A stretch of 24,608 nucleotides of DNA from Tubiluchus corallicola. Its lineage: Eukaryota; Animalia; Priapulida. The translations under genes and the position numbers were made by a program. The stretch covers positions 1-24,608 of the forward strand of contig JAQGDQ010001813.1 of the NCBI GenBank assembly GCA_030141605.1, in the 5' to 3' direction. Below the pieces are notes generated by a model, which made no database searches, had not been told where the DNA came from, and saw only the letters and a list, made by a program, of their open reading frames with translations. Of the stretch, positions 11,710 through 24,138 are shown piece by piece (the stretch's first letter is position 1; each line of letters starts with the position of its first letter).

Positions 11710-12700
11710 AAGTTTCTGGTGCGATACTGTCTCATGACTGGTAGACACCAAAGAAAGAGACTTATTCCAGTTGTATTTGTTGCCAGAAAAGTAATTTGGA
11801 CAGTTCTACTGAAGCTGAAATCAGTTCCTGTGAAAGTTTTTCCTGTGTCCCCAGTGCCCATTTTCAACTTTTCCATTACGTTAGTTTTGGCAGAACGTAT
11901 CCTTTTAAAAATTTATTTGCAGTATTTTATTCTCAACAGCACGCTAAAAGTGAAAATGCTCTTCCCAAATACTTTCAGAACTAGCAAATATTCATGTTGC
12001 TTAATTTCATGTGTGTCTCCGTGTTCATGTGTCATTCCTGTTACTTTGGTGAAAAAGCCGAGGCATGTACCACTGATTGACTCATTTGTTTTAAATATTT
12101 GTTAGCAGAGAGCACCACCTATTGTGATTTGGCAAACCTTTTAACGGTGGCTTTTCCAATGTTTTTTTAAGTTTCCTGACAAACGTTTTGGTTCATTTAA
12201 TGTTAATTCATGGTCATTACTGTTATATATCCTGTTATTAAAAAACAGAACGTAAAATGCTCATAATCATGTCTGAATAATTTTAGTAATTTACTGTGTT
12301 GAATCTAATTGTTTGGAAAGGGTGAAGTAGCATAGTTAGTCCATGTGAGCAGGTTGTTTGCTTGACATTCATTCCTGTTGCTGTCACTCCTGTTATAATC
12401 GTTCAAGTTACACTAGTGACAACAGTAACAGCAATGACACGTAAGAAGATATTTTGATATTTCATAAGTATTCCTGAAATTTGTGTTCCGATGATTGAGT
12501 TGATATGAGCTGCTGTTTCTCATCGTCTGCAGTTTCTTTAGCAGTTGCACCATCATCACCATTATGCTTCTCAACTGACATCGGCACTTCTGTTTTTGCA
12601 AGCACTGGTTTTTTTCCCTTGAAAGTTTTACAGTTTGTTTTCAAATCTTTCCTTTCCTACATGGTTGACTCTCGTTTTCATTTAGCCAAGAAGAACCTTC
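11710..12700 (-). pseudogene. Possible decayed coding sequence of unknown family
   Basis: The minus strand has purine-rich, codon-like stretches (e.g. KGKKPVLAKTEVPMSVEKHNGDDGATAKETADDEKQQ; QEKLSQELISASVELSKLL) broken by stops and frameshifts. No recognisable domain. Confidence 0.2.
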
Positions 12701-14439
12701 ACATGTCACGAGAACGAAAAAACATTTCACAGTGGTAACAATAAGAACGAAAAGATGAAATAAGATATTTTTATGGTAAGGTACGAAGGATAAATTCAAA
12801 CAATAAATTTTGAGTAAAGTAGACTTGACATGAATTTTAAAAACACGTTAATAAGATACAAGAATTTTAAATGCAGTCTTTTCATCTCACCGAGCATCAT
12901 AATAGTGTTTTGCCAGATAGATAAATAAAAATAGTTAAAATTATTAAATCACTACACTCTCCAAATTACTACAGTAGTCATAGGTCTTACCTTGTTATCA
13001 CATTAATTATATTAATATGAAAAAATTAACTTTTATACTTAATGAAAACAATGAAACCTGTGCAATAAAAATTAAATTAGTACTAAAAAGGAAACTGCAA
13101 AAAGCTAACATGATTCTCAACAATGGATTTATGAAACAACTGCATATTCAGAGGGTGATGGTCACTCACATTAACCCTTTCTTCTTAATTAAAAAGATCT
13201 ACCTTTATTAAAAAGGTGTCACTAAAGAGTGACATAACACAGGTTAAGCACAACAGCACAGTTAAGTACGTCCGTTTTGATCTACAACATACAAATATAT
13301 AATACATCAAGAAAAATAAACATCGTGTAATTTATACGACATACTAAATATGCGCTGTACATAGTTATTATCTTATTACGAAACGCAGAAATTATTTATT
13401 GATGTTCTGATGCTTGGCAGCGATGAACTATCAAACTACTGCCTAGGAAACAGTAGCAGCTTCCGGCTATGAAAAGGCTCTCAATACAATTAAAAACAAA
13501 TGTTCCTAACATTGATTAAAATGCAGCAGCTATATGCAGTAAAATAATTTACCTATGAACAAGAACAAGAACAACAATACAGTTGGCTCTGTTGTGACTT
13601 GCTTGCACACTTTACAGCTAGAAGTCCTTAATTAATGCTTAGAATTTAAAATAGACTTTCCAAAGACTACATTGCTGTGACAGGCATGATAACTGCCCTG
13701 CTTTTGTGTTGCAATGACGCAACACGACGTAACAAGGTTAAAATGTAATCTCACATCCTTTTTGGAAATCATTGCATATTAGTATATTGCTTAGAAACAC
13801 AGAAAAATATTGTGTGTAGTTTTATCATAGTGCATTGTGTGTTTGTAGTTTATATTTTATTCTTGAATTTCTAGTTGCACTTATAGTTTAGCTTGAACCA
13901 GACGCATTTGCCCAGAACAGTTTATGTTTTTATATGAACTAACACTGATTGTCTGTCTTTTATTATTATTATTATATGGTATTATGTTTTTAAAAAGGTA
14001 AAATAAAGATTATACTACTACCACCACCACCACTAGTGTTACAGCTTAGCTACATTTTATATGAGAAGTGTCAGTACGAAAAATATAGAATGTTTGATTA
14101 ACTTTAAAAAAGGAAAAAACTATCTTTCTGACACGATTTGACTTCAAAATGGTGCTGCAATATTGTCAGTGAAAATGCGTTACGTCACTTCACATCTCCA
14201 CATATATCATCATTACGTATCATATCATATCAGACCGATCATCCATATAGATATAGGTGATCCAATGATGGCGGTCTTAGGGGGCAATACTGCATTTTGG
14301 TACATCAGGCAACATTAACCATAAAGATTAAACATTTTAGCAGAGCACGCTATGCAGGCGACGTAAGTAAAAACTATAACAGATGATTGTAACTATGACT
14401 ACGATGTAACCATAATAGGCAGCTGTAACTACAAAGTAT

Positions 14440-15190
14440 AACTAAAACAATAAATGTAACTGTACTATAACTATAATTATAATAATTACCATGATTATAT
14501 TAGCAACTATAACTATAATAATAATAATAACTATGATTGTATTAGTAACTATAACTATAATAATAATAACAATAACTGCATTAGTAACTATAACTATAAA
14601 AATAACAATAACTATAATTGTATTAGTAACTATAACAATAATAATAATAACAATAACTATAATAATAACAATAACTAGAATTGATTTAGTTACTATAACT
14701 ATAATAATAACAATAACTGTAATTGTATGAGTAAGTATAGCTATAATTATAGCTATATATAGCTATAACTATAATAATAACAATAACTATAAATGTATTA
14801 GTAACTATAAGTATAATTATAAAAATAACTATAACTATAATAAAAATAACAATAACTATGATTGTATTAGTAACTATAACTATAATAATAATAACAATAA
14901 CTATAATTGTAATAGTAACTACAACTATAATAATAACAATTGCTATAATTGCATTACTAACTATAACTATAATAATAACAATAACTATAATTGTATTAGT
15001 AACTATAACTATAACTTTAACTATAATTATAACTATAACTATTATAATAACAATAACTATAATTGTATTAGTAACTATAACTATAACTTTAACTATAATT
15101 ATAACTATAACTATTATAATAACAATAACTATAATTGTATTAGTAACTATAACTATAACTATAATAAAAAAAAACTATAACTACAACGGC
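14440..15190. repeat. Degenerate (ACTATA)/(AAT)/(ACAATA) microsatellite array with recurring ATTGTATTAGTA spacer
   Basis: Directly visible; it produces the I/T-rich ORFs. Confidence 0.95.
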
Positions 15191-17309
15191 AACTGTAATT
15201 AGTGAAACCGTAGTTTAAAAAGTTTTTTAATTTAAAAAAACATGAGTATTTGTTTAAAGAAACATTAATACAACAAACACATTGCCAAATCTAATATACA
15301 AAAACATCATTTTATTAGAAACAACAACATATTGGTCACTGCTCCACATATTAACAGAAACAAGTGTAATATTATTATAACTGCAAATATAATAAAAGCC
15401 TGTAATCTGAGAAAGACTCTCATTATTTACATGTAAAAAAGGAAATATAATCAGATGATTTGACACTAACACTGACCTTGTGACCTTAATTTTGACCTTT
15501 GTTACCTCTCAAATGCAAATTTTGCTCTCAACTTTTGCTCACAAATGGCAAATTGTCAGGTAAGAGTTTCACCATTTTTAAGATTATTGTGAACAAAAAT
15601 AGTAAAAAAGGAAGCAATTAGGTTGCAGAACACCTGAAATAATTTTTCTTCTTGAGCATATAGCTGCCAGAAACTCAAGGGTAGTCAAGGACTTGGTTTG
15701 CTCACGATTCTTAGTCCCACTGGTAAAAATATTCAGTACACCCCATATGGCAAAGTTGCAAAAAACTGCATCTAACTGACAGTCATCTTTTTCATTGTCA
15801 TATCTGTATTCTAAATTTGCCCTTGCAGTATTAAAATCTGACAAAGACATGATGCGCACGCAAATAACAATACTACCAACATCGATATGACACGATGTGC
15901 ACGCAAATAACCATACTACTGACATGATGTGAGCACAAATAACAATACTACCGACATGGATATGACACGATGCGCATGCAAATAACCATACTACCGACAT
16001 GGATATGACACGATGTGCACGCAAATAACCATACTACCGACATGGATATGACACGATGCATGTAAATAACCATACTACCGACATGGATATGACACGATGC
16101 GCATGTAAATAACAATACTACCGACATGGATATGACACGATGTACACGCAAATAACAATACTACCGACATGGATATGACACGATGCACACGCAAATAACC
16201 ATACTACCGACATGGATATGACACGATGCACACGCAAATAACAATACTACCGACATGGATATGACACGATGCGCACGCAAATAACAATACTACCGACATG
16301 GATATGACACGATGCGCACGCAAATAACGTTACTACCGACATGGATATGACACGATGCGCATGTAAATAACCATACTACCGACATGGATATGACACGATG
16401 CGCACGCAAATAACCATACTACCGACATGGATATGACACGATGCACACGCAAATAACCATACTACCGACATGGATATGACACGATGCGCACGCAAATAAC
16501 CATACTACCGACATGGATATGACACGTTGTGCACGCAAATAACCATACTACCGACATGGATATGACACGTTGTGCACGCAAATAACAATACTACCAACAT
16601 GGATATGACACGATGTGCACACAAATAACCATACTACCGACATGATGCGAGCACAAATAACCATACTACTGACATGGATATGACACGATGTGCACGCAAA
16701 TAACCATACTACCGCCATGGATATGACATGACATGCAAGCAATTAATAATACTACTGACATGGATATGACATGAGCTTTCCATGTGATGCAGCGTGTAGA
16801 CTTTTACTATTATAATGTGATATTCCTGAATTACATTCCAGACTCTTGCATGAGAATGACGAAAATCAGAAAAAATGAAGAAAAAATATCACATGGGCAA
16901 GTTTATGCTAGCCTATTCATATTTGTACTTATCCGGGTTTAAATAACACACCACAGTACAAAAGAGAGACCAGGGATCAACGACCACAATGGTTATGGGC
17001 TCCTTCCATCATGATAATTAATCATTTTTAAAATAAATTTTCAAATCAAGTGGAAATTTAAAATGATGCACGTGAACAGTAGATGTACATAGTAGTAGAC
17101 GTAATAGTAGATTGATTATACATCTAGAACTACATGAATCTGAGACAACCGAAATGGCTGCAGTGACAGGGAGCCACTTGACTATAGAAAACAATGAACA
17201 ATACAGTAAGTCCTCGCTTAACAACTCCCCGTTTAGTGACGTTTCGTTTTAACGACGCTGAACGTTTGACACCTTTTCTCACTTAACGACACACTGTTTC
17301 GTTTTAACA
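14972..17309 (+). repeat. Left arm of a large inverted repeat (~2.3 kb)
   Basis: It is the reverse complement of 21973-~24311. Mirrored ORFs are identical (15254-15472/23811-24029; 15584-16024/23259-23699; 16548-16742/22539-22733), with coordinate sums of 39281-39283. The outer limit is approximate because it falls in a microsatellite. Confidence 0.97.
15846..16773. repeat. 43 bp minisatellite, ~22 copies
   Basis: The unit is CATACTACCGACATGGATATGACACGATGCGCACGCAAATAAC; a few units are shortened. Confidence 0.96.
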
Positions 17310-17915
17310 ACAATTATTTTCTTTGATCACAGCCATTTTTCACTTTATGAACAACTTTTTTACATAATTTGAAGCACTAAAATGGTACATATTGCGTTAT
17401 TCTGTTCGAAAAACACATGAGCAACTTAAATAATGCAACTATTACAATGCTTTTGCTTCCCGACTGACTACCCACTAAATTCTAGCTGTTTGTATCAAGA
17501 GACACCCAAGTTTAACCTTTATGCCAAGGAATTTTGTCTGTAATCTGTTGCTATAACAACCAGATTAGTTTTACATGAAATTGTCTCAAGGTCACTCCAT
17601 GCAGAGCTTGGCTTTCACTATCTAGTGTTTAACATGCAGTGTTTAGACGGGAGGAGAAACCGCTAGCACGTCTAACTAGATTGGTGGCTTAAGCAAATAG
17701 GAAAAATTAATCAGTAGAAATATGAATAAAACTCATAAAACATTTAATTTATATGTTTAGAGCAGCATTGATACATTGATTTTTGGTTCTGGAATGTATC
17801 TCATTTCACTTACATTACATTACTTCCTCTGAAGGTTTTGGTTTCGCTTAACAACGTTTCGCTTAACGTCGCATTTTGCTGGAAAGCATTAGCGTCATTA
17901 AGCGAGGACTTACTG
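17204..17915. mobile_element. Non-autonomous pogo/Tigger-type DNA transposon (712 bp)
   Basis: The termini are TA|CAGTAAGTCCTCGCTTAA ... TTAAGCGAGGACTTACTG|CA, an 18 bp perfect TIR. The TA target is intact on the left and reads CA on the right. Subterminal GTTTCG(T/C)TTAAC repeats occur at both ends. No transposase ORF. Confidence 0.85.
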
Positions 17916-19232
17916 CACTGGCATTCTTCTGCGAGCGAAATGGCTAATAAATAACTTAAATCACATATTTACGATAAATTTGTTAATAGAAACTCTATAA
18001 GTAGTAATTGGCATACAAAATTTAAGAGATCCTAATGACTATTTTACAATTGCAAAGTATTAAGCAAATAAAATAAACAGATCAACTTAACAAAAATAAG
18101 TTCTATATGTATGACATTAACACAGGCACAAATGCTTGTAACAGTAACTACAGGTACAACGAGTTACCACCCACCATTAATGAAATAACATTGAAATCTT
18201 TTACAATGAACCTTAGGAAACATTATATATTATTCTGTCATCTGGTAAGTAGTTACACAAAAAATCTATGGTGGATACTATGCAAGGTGAATACTAGGGC
18301 CCTAAGTAAGAGAGAAATTCCAGGGGTGCTGCAATTGAACACTCCAGTCCCATAAGAAACTTTAGCAATACTTCAGAGAATGTGAAATCTAGTTTCATAT
18401 TTTAAAATATGAAAATTAAAAGCATTTTTCAAAAGAAAGGTTCTCAGTTTTACATGATTTGCACGATTTTTTGCTTTTGATCAGTGCAATAGTCACACGA
18501 TTAAGTTAAATCTAACAAAAACATCAGCTTGTGAAAAGTAAATCCGAAACATTTCACCAGCTTCATCATTTTCAGAACTCTGGTCTTGTTGCATATACTT
18601 CATTAGAGATATTTTATACAGTTTCATTTAATTAAAGGTGTTGTGCACTTATGAGGCAACTGCATATACATTATGTTATTAGGTATTCTAAGCTTAAAAA
18701 TTAAAGAAGTGCTTCCAGAATTTAGCACTCTAGGCAGTTGACTAGTTTGCCTAGTGGTACAGCCGGCCGTGTACTCAGACCTAAAGATGGACAAACACAT
18801 TAATGTGATAAATCCCATAATCACAATTATTGTATGCCAAATTTGCTAATCACATCAATACAATTAAATATCATTATAAAACTTATTCAAAAATTTCTAT
18901 GACTAGTCATCCGTAACAGTGCTACAGAAGAAATTTATATAATCACATCACGTATACAAATCCAGGTAAGTACACAGGAAAATATAAATAATCCTAATCC
19001 CAATCCTAACCATAAGATATCAACTAAAAACGTGATTTTTTCACATAGATATACTGTCAAAATTATAAATAGTGTTGTCAATATGTACATTCTCATCTCT
19101 GTTAGATCTGGCCTGCAGATGGAACGAATTCCTTAAGAAAGCGCTTGCTTTGTGTAGAACATATTAGATGATCACATTTTGCAAAAATTTCTGCTTCTGG
19201 TCATGGCGACGATGATGCGCGGAACTGGACGG

Positions 19233-19382
19233 CTAAATCCCATCCGGTATACCACCCTTCCTCCAATCAGAGACAGCGGAGAGTTGACCGTTGTCCGTCA
19301 CTTCGATGGCCTGAACGACGGACTCGCCAATGTCGTGAACTAAGATCTCGTGGCCTCGAGTGACCAAAGTTTCTACATAATT
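19233..19382 (-). CDS. GGT1: Gamma-glutamyl transpeptidase (glutathione hydrolase), last coding exon
   Basis: The acceptor ...catttacAG| opens a 150 nt, phase 0 exon: NYVETLVTRGHEILVHDIGESVVQAIEVTDNGQLSAVSDWRKGGIPDGI*. The VVQAI and SDxRKGG motifs are hallmarks of the GGT light-chain C-terminus. Confidence 0.92.
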   Translation of the reverse strand, partial: NYVETLVTRGHEILVHDIGESVVQAIEVTDNGQLSAVSDWRKGGIPDGI

Positions 19383-19476
19383 CTGTAAATGTGAAACCAG
19401 AGTAAGTTTTTTGGGACATACTTTAAACTTTCCTTTCTTCTCTTTGAACAAAAAGTCATTAAAAATTGTCGCTTCC

Positions 19477-19590
19477 CAGGGAGAATCCGTCTTCGTATCG
19501 CACTTGATTTGGCAGCAGTTGATGGTGCAACCGTTTGGCATCTATGGAGTCAGCGAGATCCATACCTAACCATTCTCTATGCAAGTAAAC
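19477..19590 (-). CDS. GGT1: Gamma-glutamyl transpeptidase, penultimate coding exon (donor non-canonical)
   Basis: The acceptor ctgtctctttcAG| opens a 114 nt exon: VYLHREWLGMDLADSIDAKRLHHQLLPNQVRYEDGFSL, containing the GGT motif RLHxQLLPN. The 3' boundary is inferred from phase and homology; the following bases are GGAAGC. Confidence 0.88.
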
Positions 19591-20568
19591 CTGAAAGAGA
19601 CAGCAGACAATTATGCAACTGTGAATAGAAGCAACAGCAAATACAACAGGCAGCAAGACCAGACATATATATATATATATATAGGATTATAGGATTATAT
19701 ATAGGATATATAAATCTCTATGGAAAAATATAGTTTCCATAGAGACTTAAACAAAGTTTCAGACGAGTTAAACACTCTTAAAAATTGGAATACAAGATCA
19801 ATTTCGATTACTAACAATGATATGGATTTTGGAATATTTTTAGAAAATAATGGTAGATCAATTACAAATTTTAATTTAATTAATTAATTTACTAACACTC
19901 AATTTCAATTTACAGACAGTGTACGTGCATATGTACACTACAATACAATATAAAATTACATAGATATTTAATGACATTTTCTGCAATAACCATCTCCATC
20001 AATTTGCACGTTACACTTAGTCAGCGATATACTTGTCCACAGTTGTTTAAATCAGAACTTTTGCCTTGCTTAAAATACTAGGTTTATATTTGTCAGTTTC
20101 CATAGTGTAAGTAAAACACCATCACAGGAAGATTTTTCAAAAAGTAATTCCGAGAGGGTACACATAATACACAGGCAAGTTTTTTGTAAAATGTGGCATG
20201 AATTTCATCAGGAGATTGACTTTTACTTTAAAATTATTATTAATACTGTTACAACTATTACTCCAAGAAATTAGGAACGAGTTAATTCTTTACAAATGCA
20301 AATATAGTCTAAACTGGTGATTCATAAGTCTGTTTAAATGTTAAAAATAGATTCTTTAAGGGCTGCTACACACTACGGTTTTCGTAATTTTAGTGAATGC
20401 ACTTTTGCGATTTCATTTTTACCGTTTACACTTAAAATAAAACAATGAAATTTGTTACCCTCCGTGTGAAAAAGAAGAAAAAATAGTCCCACACCACTGA
20501 CAGACTTCAGGTTTTACTGATCCCCAGTTGATTCTAATATCCTTTATTCAGATTAGATTTCCAAATCC

Positions 20569-20870
20569 AGGTAATAAAGTCACAGGTAAAAAAGTTACAG
20601 GTAAAAAGACACAGGTAAAAAAGTCACGTGTAAAAAAGTCAGCGGTAAAAAGTCACAGGTAAAAAAGTCACGGGTAAAAAGTCACCGATAAAAAGGTCAC
20701 AGGTAAAAAAGTCAAGGGGTAAAAAAGTCACTGGTAAAAAAATCACGGTCACGGGTAAAAAAGTCACGGGTAAAATAGTCACGGGTAAAAAAGTCACGGG
20801 TAAAAAGTCACAGGTAATAAAGTCACAGGTAATAAAGTCAAAAGTCACAGGAAACAAGATTCACAGGAAA
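20569..20870. repeat. 14-15 bp tandem repeat ((A/G)GGTAAAAAAGTCAC), ~20 copies
   Basis: Directly visible; it gives the FLPVT-repeat ORF. Confidence 0.93.
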
Positions 20871-21311
20871 AAAGAAATAATCCCAACCCTTGTCACCAGA
20901 TTTCTACCTAATAAACCATCACTGAAACTATTCCATAGTTGCACATACCAATAATGAGGCCAGATTTCACAACTAAAAATACAATACACACTTATATGAC
21001 ATTCATATCCCATGACGGCTAAAAAAGTTTATATGTTAATTTTTTAAATTTATTTCAAATGTCAATTTTTTGACGTTTGTGTGAGTTAGGGCCTCCTGAG
21101 TTTGTTAAGCCCGTCTACAGGAGACATTTTCCGCTACCTCGAGCATAAAGAAGGGTATTTCATTAATAAACAACCTACAAGTTCAATAAATTTTATAATT
21201 TTTTATTAAAAATCAACGCTTCAACAAACCACACTATAGCAGTCAACTTTGGGTAATAAAGAATGATTTAAGAAATCTGGAATAGACCAAAAACATGACA
21301 CAACTATAATT

Positions 21312-21430
21312 TTATTAGAAATGTTATAAAATTCGTTGATATTCTATGCTCTTGATCAAAGTGATGCCAGTCTTACTAGAAATGTTAAAAAATTCGTTGA
21401 TATTCTAAGCAGTTGATCAAACTGATGCCA
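21312..21430. repeat. Diverged 61 bp tandem duplication
   Basis: tagaaatgttaNaaaattcgttgatattcta...ttgatcaaaNtgatgcca occurs at 21316 and 21377. Confidence 0.85.
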
Positions 21431-21531
21431 CGCCTATTATTCAGAATTTAAAAACTCCAAGGGTCTTTCTTCTTCTTCTTCTGTTAGAGAATCTGCTAGC
21501 AAATGACAAAGTGCACACAGAACATCCATTT

Positions 21532-21969
21532 CAAGTAGTTCACTCACATTGTTTCACATTGTTCAACCGTGTGTGTACCACTTCAGGAATGTTGCAAAGG
21601 TTTCCGCTCAATCCCAAGTAGTTCACTCACATTGTTTCACATTGTTCAACTGTGTGTGTACCACTTCAGGAATGTTGCAAAGGTTTCCGCTCAATCCCAA
21701 GTAGTTCACTCACATTGTTTCACATTGTTCAACTGTGTGTGTACCACTTCAAGAATGTTGCAAAGGTTTCTGCTCTGTCCGAAGTAGTTCACTCACATTG
21801 TTTCACATTGTTCAACTGTGTGTGTACCACTTCAAGAATGTTGCAAAGGTTTCTGCTCTGTCCGAAGTAGTTCACTCACATTGTTTCACATTGTTCAACT
21901 GTGTGTGTACCACTTCAAGAATGTTGCAAAGGTTTCCGCTCAATCCCAAGTAGTTCACTCACATTGTTT
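21532..21969. repeat. 83 bp tandem repeat, ~5.3 copies, truncated at the inverted-repeat junction
   Basis: The ORF starts 21569, 21652, 21735 and 21818 are 83 bp apart. Two unit variants are present (..CCGCTCAATCCC.. and ..CTGCTCTGTCCG..). Confidence 0.96.
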
Positions 21970-21972
21970 AAC

Positions 21973-22078
21973 TGTTAAAACGAAACAGTGTGTCGTTAAG
22001 TGAGAAAAGGTGTCAAATGTTCAGCGTCGTTAAAACGAAACGTCGCTAAACGGGGAATCGTTAAGCGAGGACTTACTG
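21973..22078 (-). mobile_element. Truncated copy (106 bp, single TIR) of the 17204-17915 MITE
   Basis: It ends TTAAGCGAGGACTTACTG|TA at 22078-22080 and matches 17204-17309 with 4 substitutions. Confidence 0.88.
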
Positions 22079-22507
22079 TACTTTCATTGTTTTCTATAGT
22101 CAAGTGGCTCCCTGTCACTGCAGCCATTTCGGTTGTCTCAGATTCATGTAGTTCTAGATGTATAATCAATCTACTATTACGTCTACTACTATGTACATCT
22201 ACTGTTCACGTGCATCATTTTAAATTTCCACTTGATTTGAAAATTTATTTTAAAAATGATTAATTATCATGATGGAAGGAGCCCATAACCATTGTGGTCG
22301 TTGATCCCTGGTCTCTCTTTTGTACTGTGGTGTGTTATTTAAACCCGGATAAGTACAAATATGAATAGGCTAGCATAAACTTGCCCATGTGATATTTTTT
22401 CTTCATTTTTTCTGATTTTCGTCATTCTCATGCAAGAGTCTGGAATGTAATTCAGGAATATCACATTATAATAGTAAAAGTCTACACGCTGCATCACATG
22501 GAAAGCT

Positions 22508-23437
22508 CATGTCATATCCATGTCAGTAGTATTATTAATTGCTTGCATGTCATGTCATATCCATGGCGGTAGTATGGTTATTTGCGTGCACATCGTGTCA
22601 TATCCATGTCAGTAGTATGGTTATTTGTGCTCGCATCATGTCGGTAGTATGGTTATTTGTGTGCACATCGTGTCATATCCATGTTGGTAGTATTGTTATT
22701 TGCGTGCACAACGTGTCATATCCATGTCGGTAGTATGGTTATTTGCGTGCACAACGTGTCATATCCATGTCGGTAGTATGGTTATTTGCGTGCGCATCGT
22801 GTCATATCCATGTCGGTAGTATGGTTATTTGCGTGTGCATCGTGTCATATCCATGTCGGTAGTATGGTTATTTGCGTGCGCATCGTGTCATATCCATGTC
22901 GGTAGTATGGTTATTTACATGCGCATCGTGTCATATCCATGTCGGTAGTAACGTTATTTGCGTGCGCATCGTGTCATATCCATGTCGGTAGTATTGTTAT
23001 TTGCGTGCGCATCGTGTCATATCCATGTCGGTAGTATTGTTATTTGCGTGTGCATCGTGTCATATCCATGTCGGTAGTATGGTTATTTGCGTGTGCATCG
23101 TGTCATATCCATGTCGGTAGTATTGTTATTTGCGTGTACATCGTGTCATATCCATGTCGGTAGTATTGTTATTTACATGCGCATCGTGTCATATCCATGT
23201 CGGTAGTATGGTTATTTACATGCGCATCGTGTCATATCCATGTCGGTAGTATGGTTATTTGCGTGCACATCGTGTCATATCCATGTCGGTAGTATGGTTA
23301 TTTGCATGCGCATCGTGTCATATCCATGTCGGTAGTATTGTTATTTGTGCTCACATCATGTCAGTAGTATGGTTATTTGCGTGCACATCGTGTCATATCG
23401 ATGTTGGTAGTATTGTTATTTGCGTGCGCATCATGTC
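22508..23437. repeat. 43 bp minisatellite, inverted copy of 15846-16773
   Basis: The order of unit variants mirrors the left array. One 2 bp difference was seen (left ~16058 lacks GC relative to ~23222). Confidence 0.96.
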
Positions 23438-24138
23438 TTTGTCAGATTTTAATACTGCAAGGGCAAATTTAGAATACAGATATGACAATGAAAAAGATGA
23501 CTGTCAGTTAGATGCAGTTTTTTGCAACTTTGCCATATGGGGTGTACTGAATATTTTTACCAGTGGGACTAAGAATCGTGAGCAAACCAAGTCCTTGACT
23601 ACCCTTGAGTTTCTGGCAGCTATATGCTCAAGAAGAAAAATTATTTCAGGTGTTCTGCAACCTAATTGCTTCCTTTTTTACTATTTTTGTTCACAATAAT
23701 CTTAAAAATGGTGAAACTCTTACCTGACAATTTGCCATTTGTGAGCAAAAGTTGAGAGCAAAATTTGCATTTGAGAGGTAACAAAGGTCAAAATTAAGGT
23801 CACAAGGTCAGTGTTAGTGTCAAATCATCTGATTATATTTCCTTTTTTACATGTAAATAATGAGAGTCTTTCTCAGATTACAGGCTTTTATTATATTTGC
23901 AGTTATAATAATATTACACTTGTTTCTGTTAATATGTGGAGCAGTGACCAATATGTTGTTGTTTCTAATAAAATGATGTTTTTGTATATTAGATTTGGCA
24001 ATGTGTTTGTTGTATTAATGTTTCTTTAAACAAATACTCATGTTTTTTTAAATTAAAAAACTTTTTAAACTACGGTTTCACTAATTACAGTTGCCGTTGT
24101 AGTTATAGTTTTTTTTTATTATAGTTATAGTTATAGTT

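Noticed and set aside
19233-19656. ORFs 19233-19541 and 19459-19656 as stand-alone proteins
   Set aside because: Each is one GGT exon plus read-through into intron sequence.
19750-19890. Possible L1/Tx1 ORF2 C-terminal relic (ISITNNDMDFGIFLEN...)
   Set aside because: It is too short and AT-rich to support without a search.
21075-21125. Minus-strand SGG as the upstream GGT GxxGG exon
   Set aside because: The surrounding residues do not resemble GGT, the frame closes soon after, and no splice sites fit.
17204-22078. Inverted duplication produced by alternative transposition at the MITE ends
   Set aside because: The breakpoint lies 106 bp inside the element, not at a TIR end.
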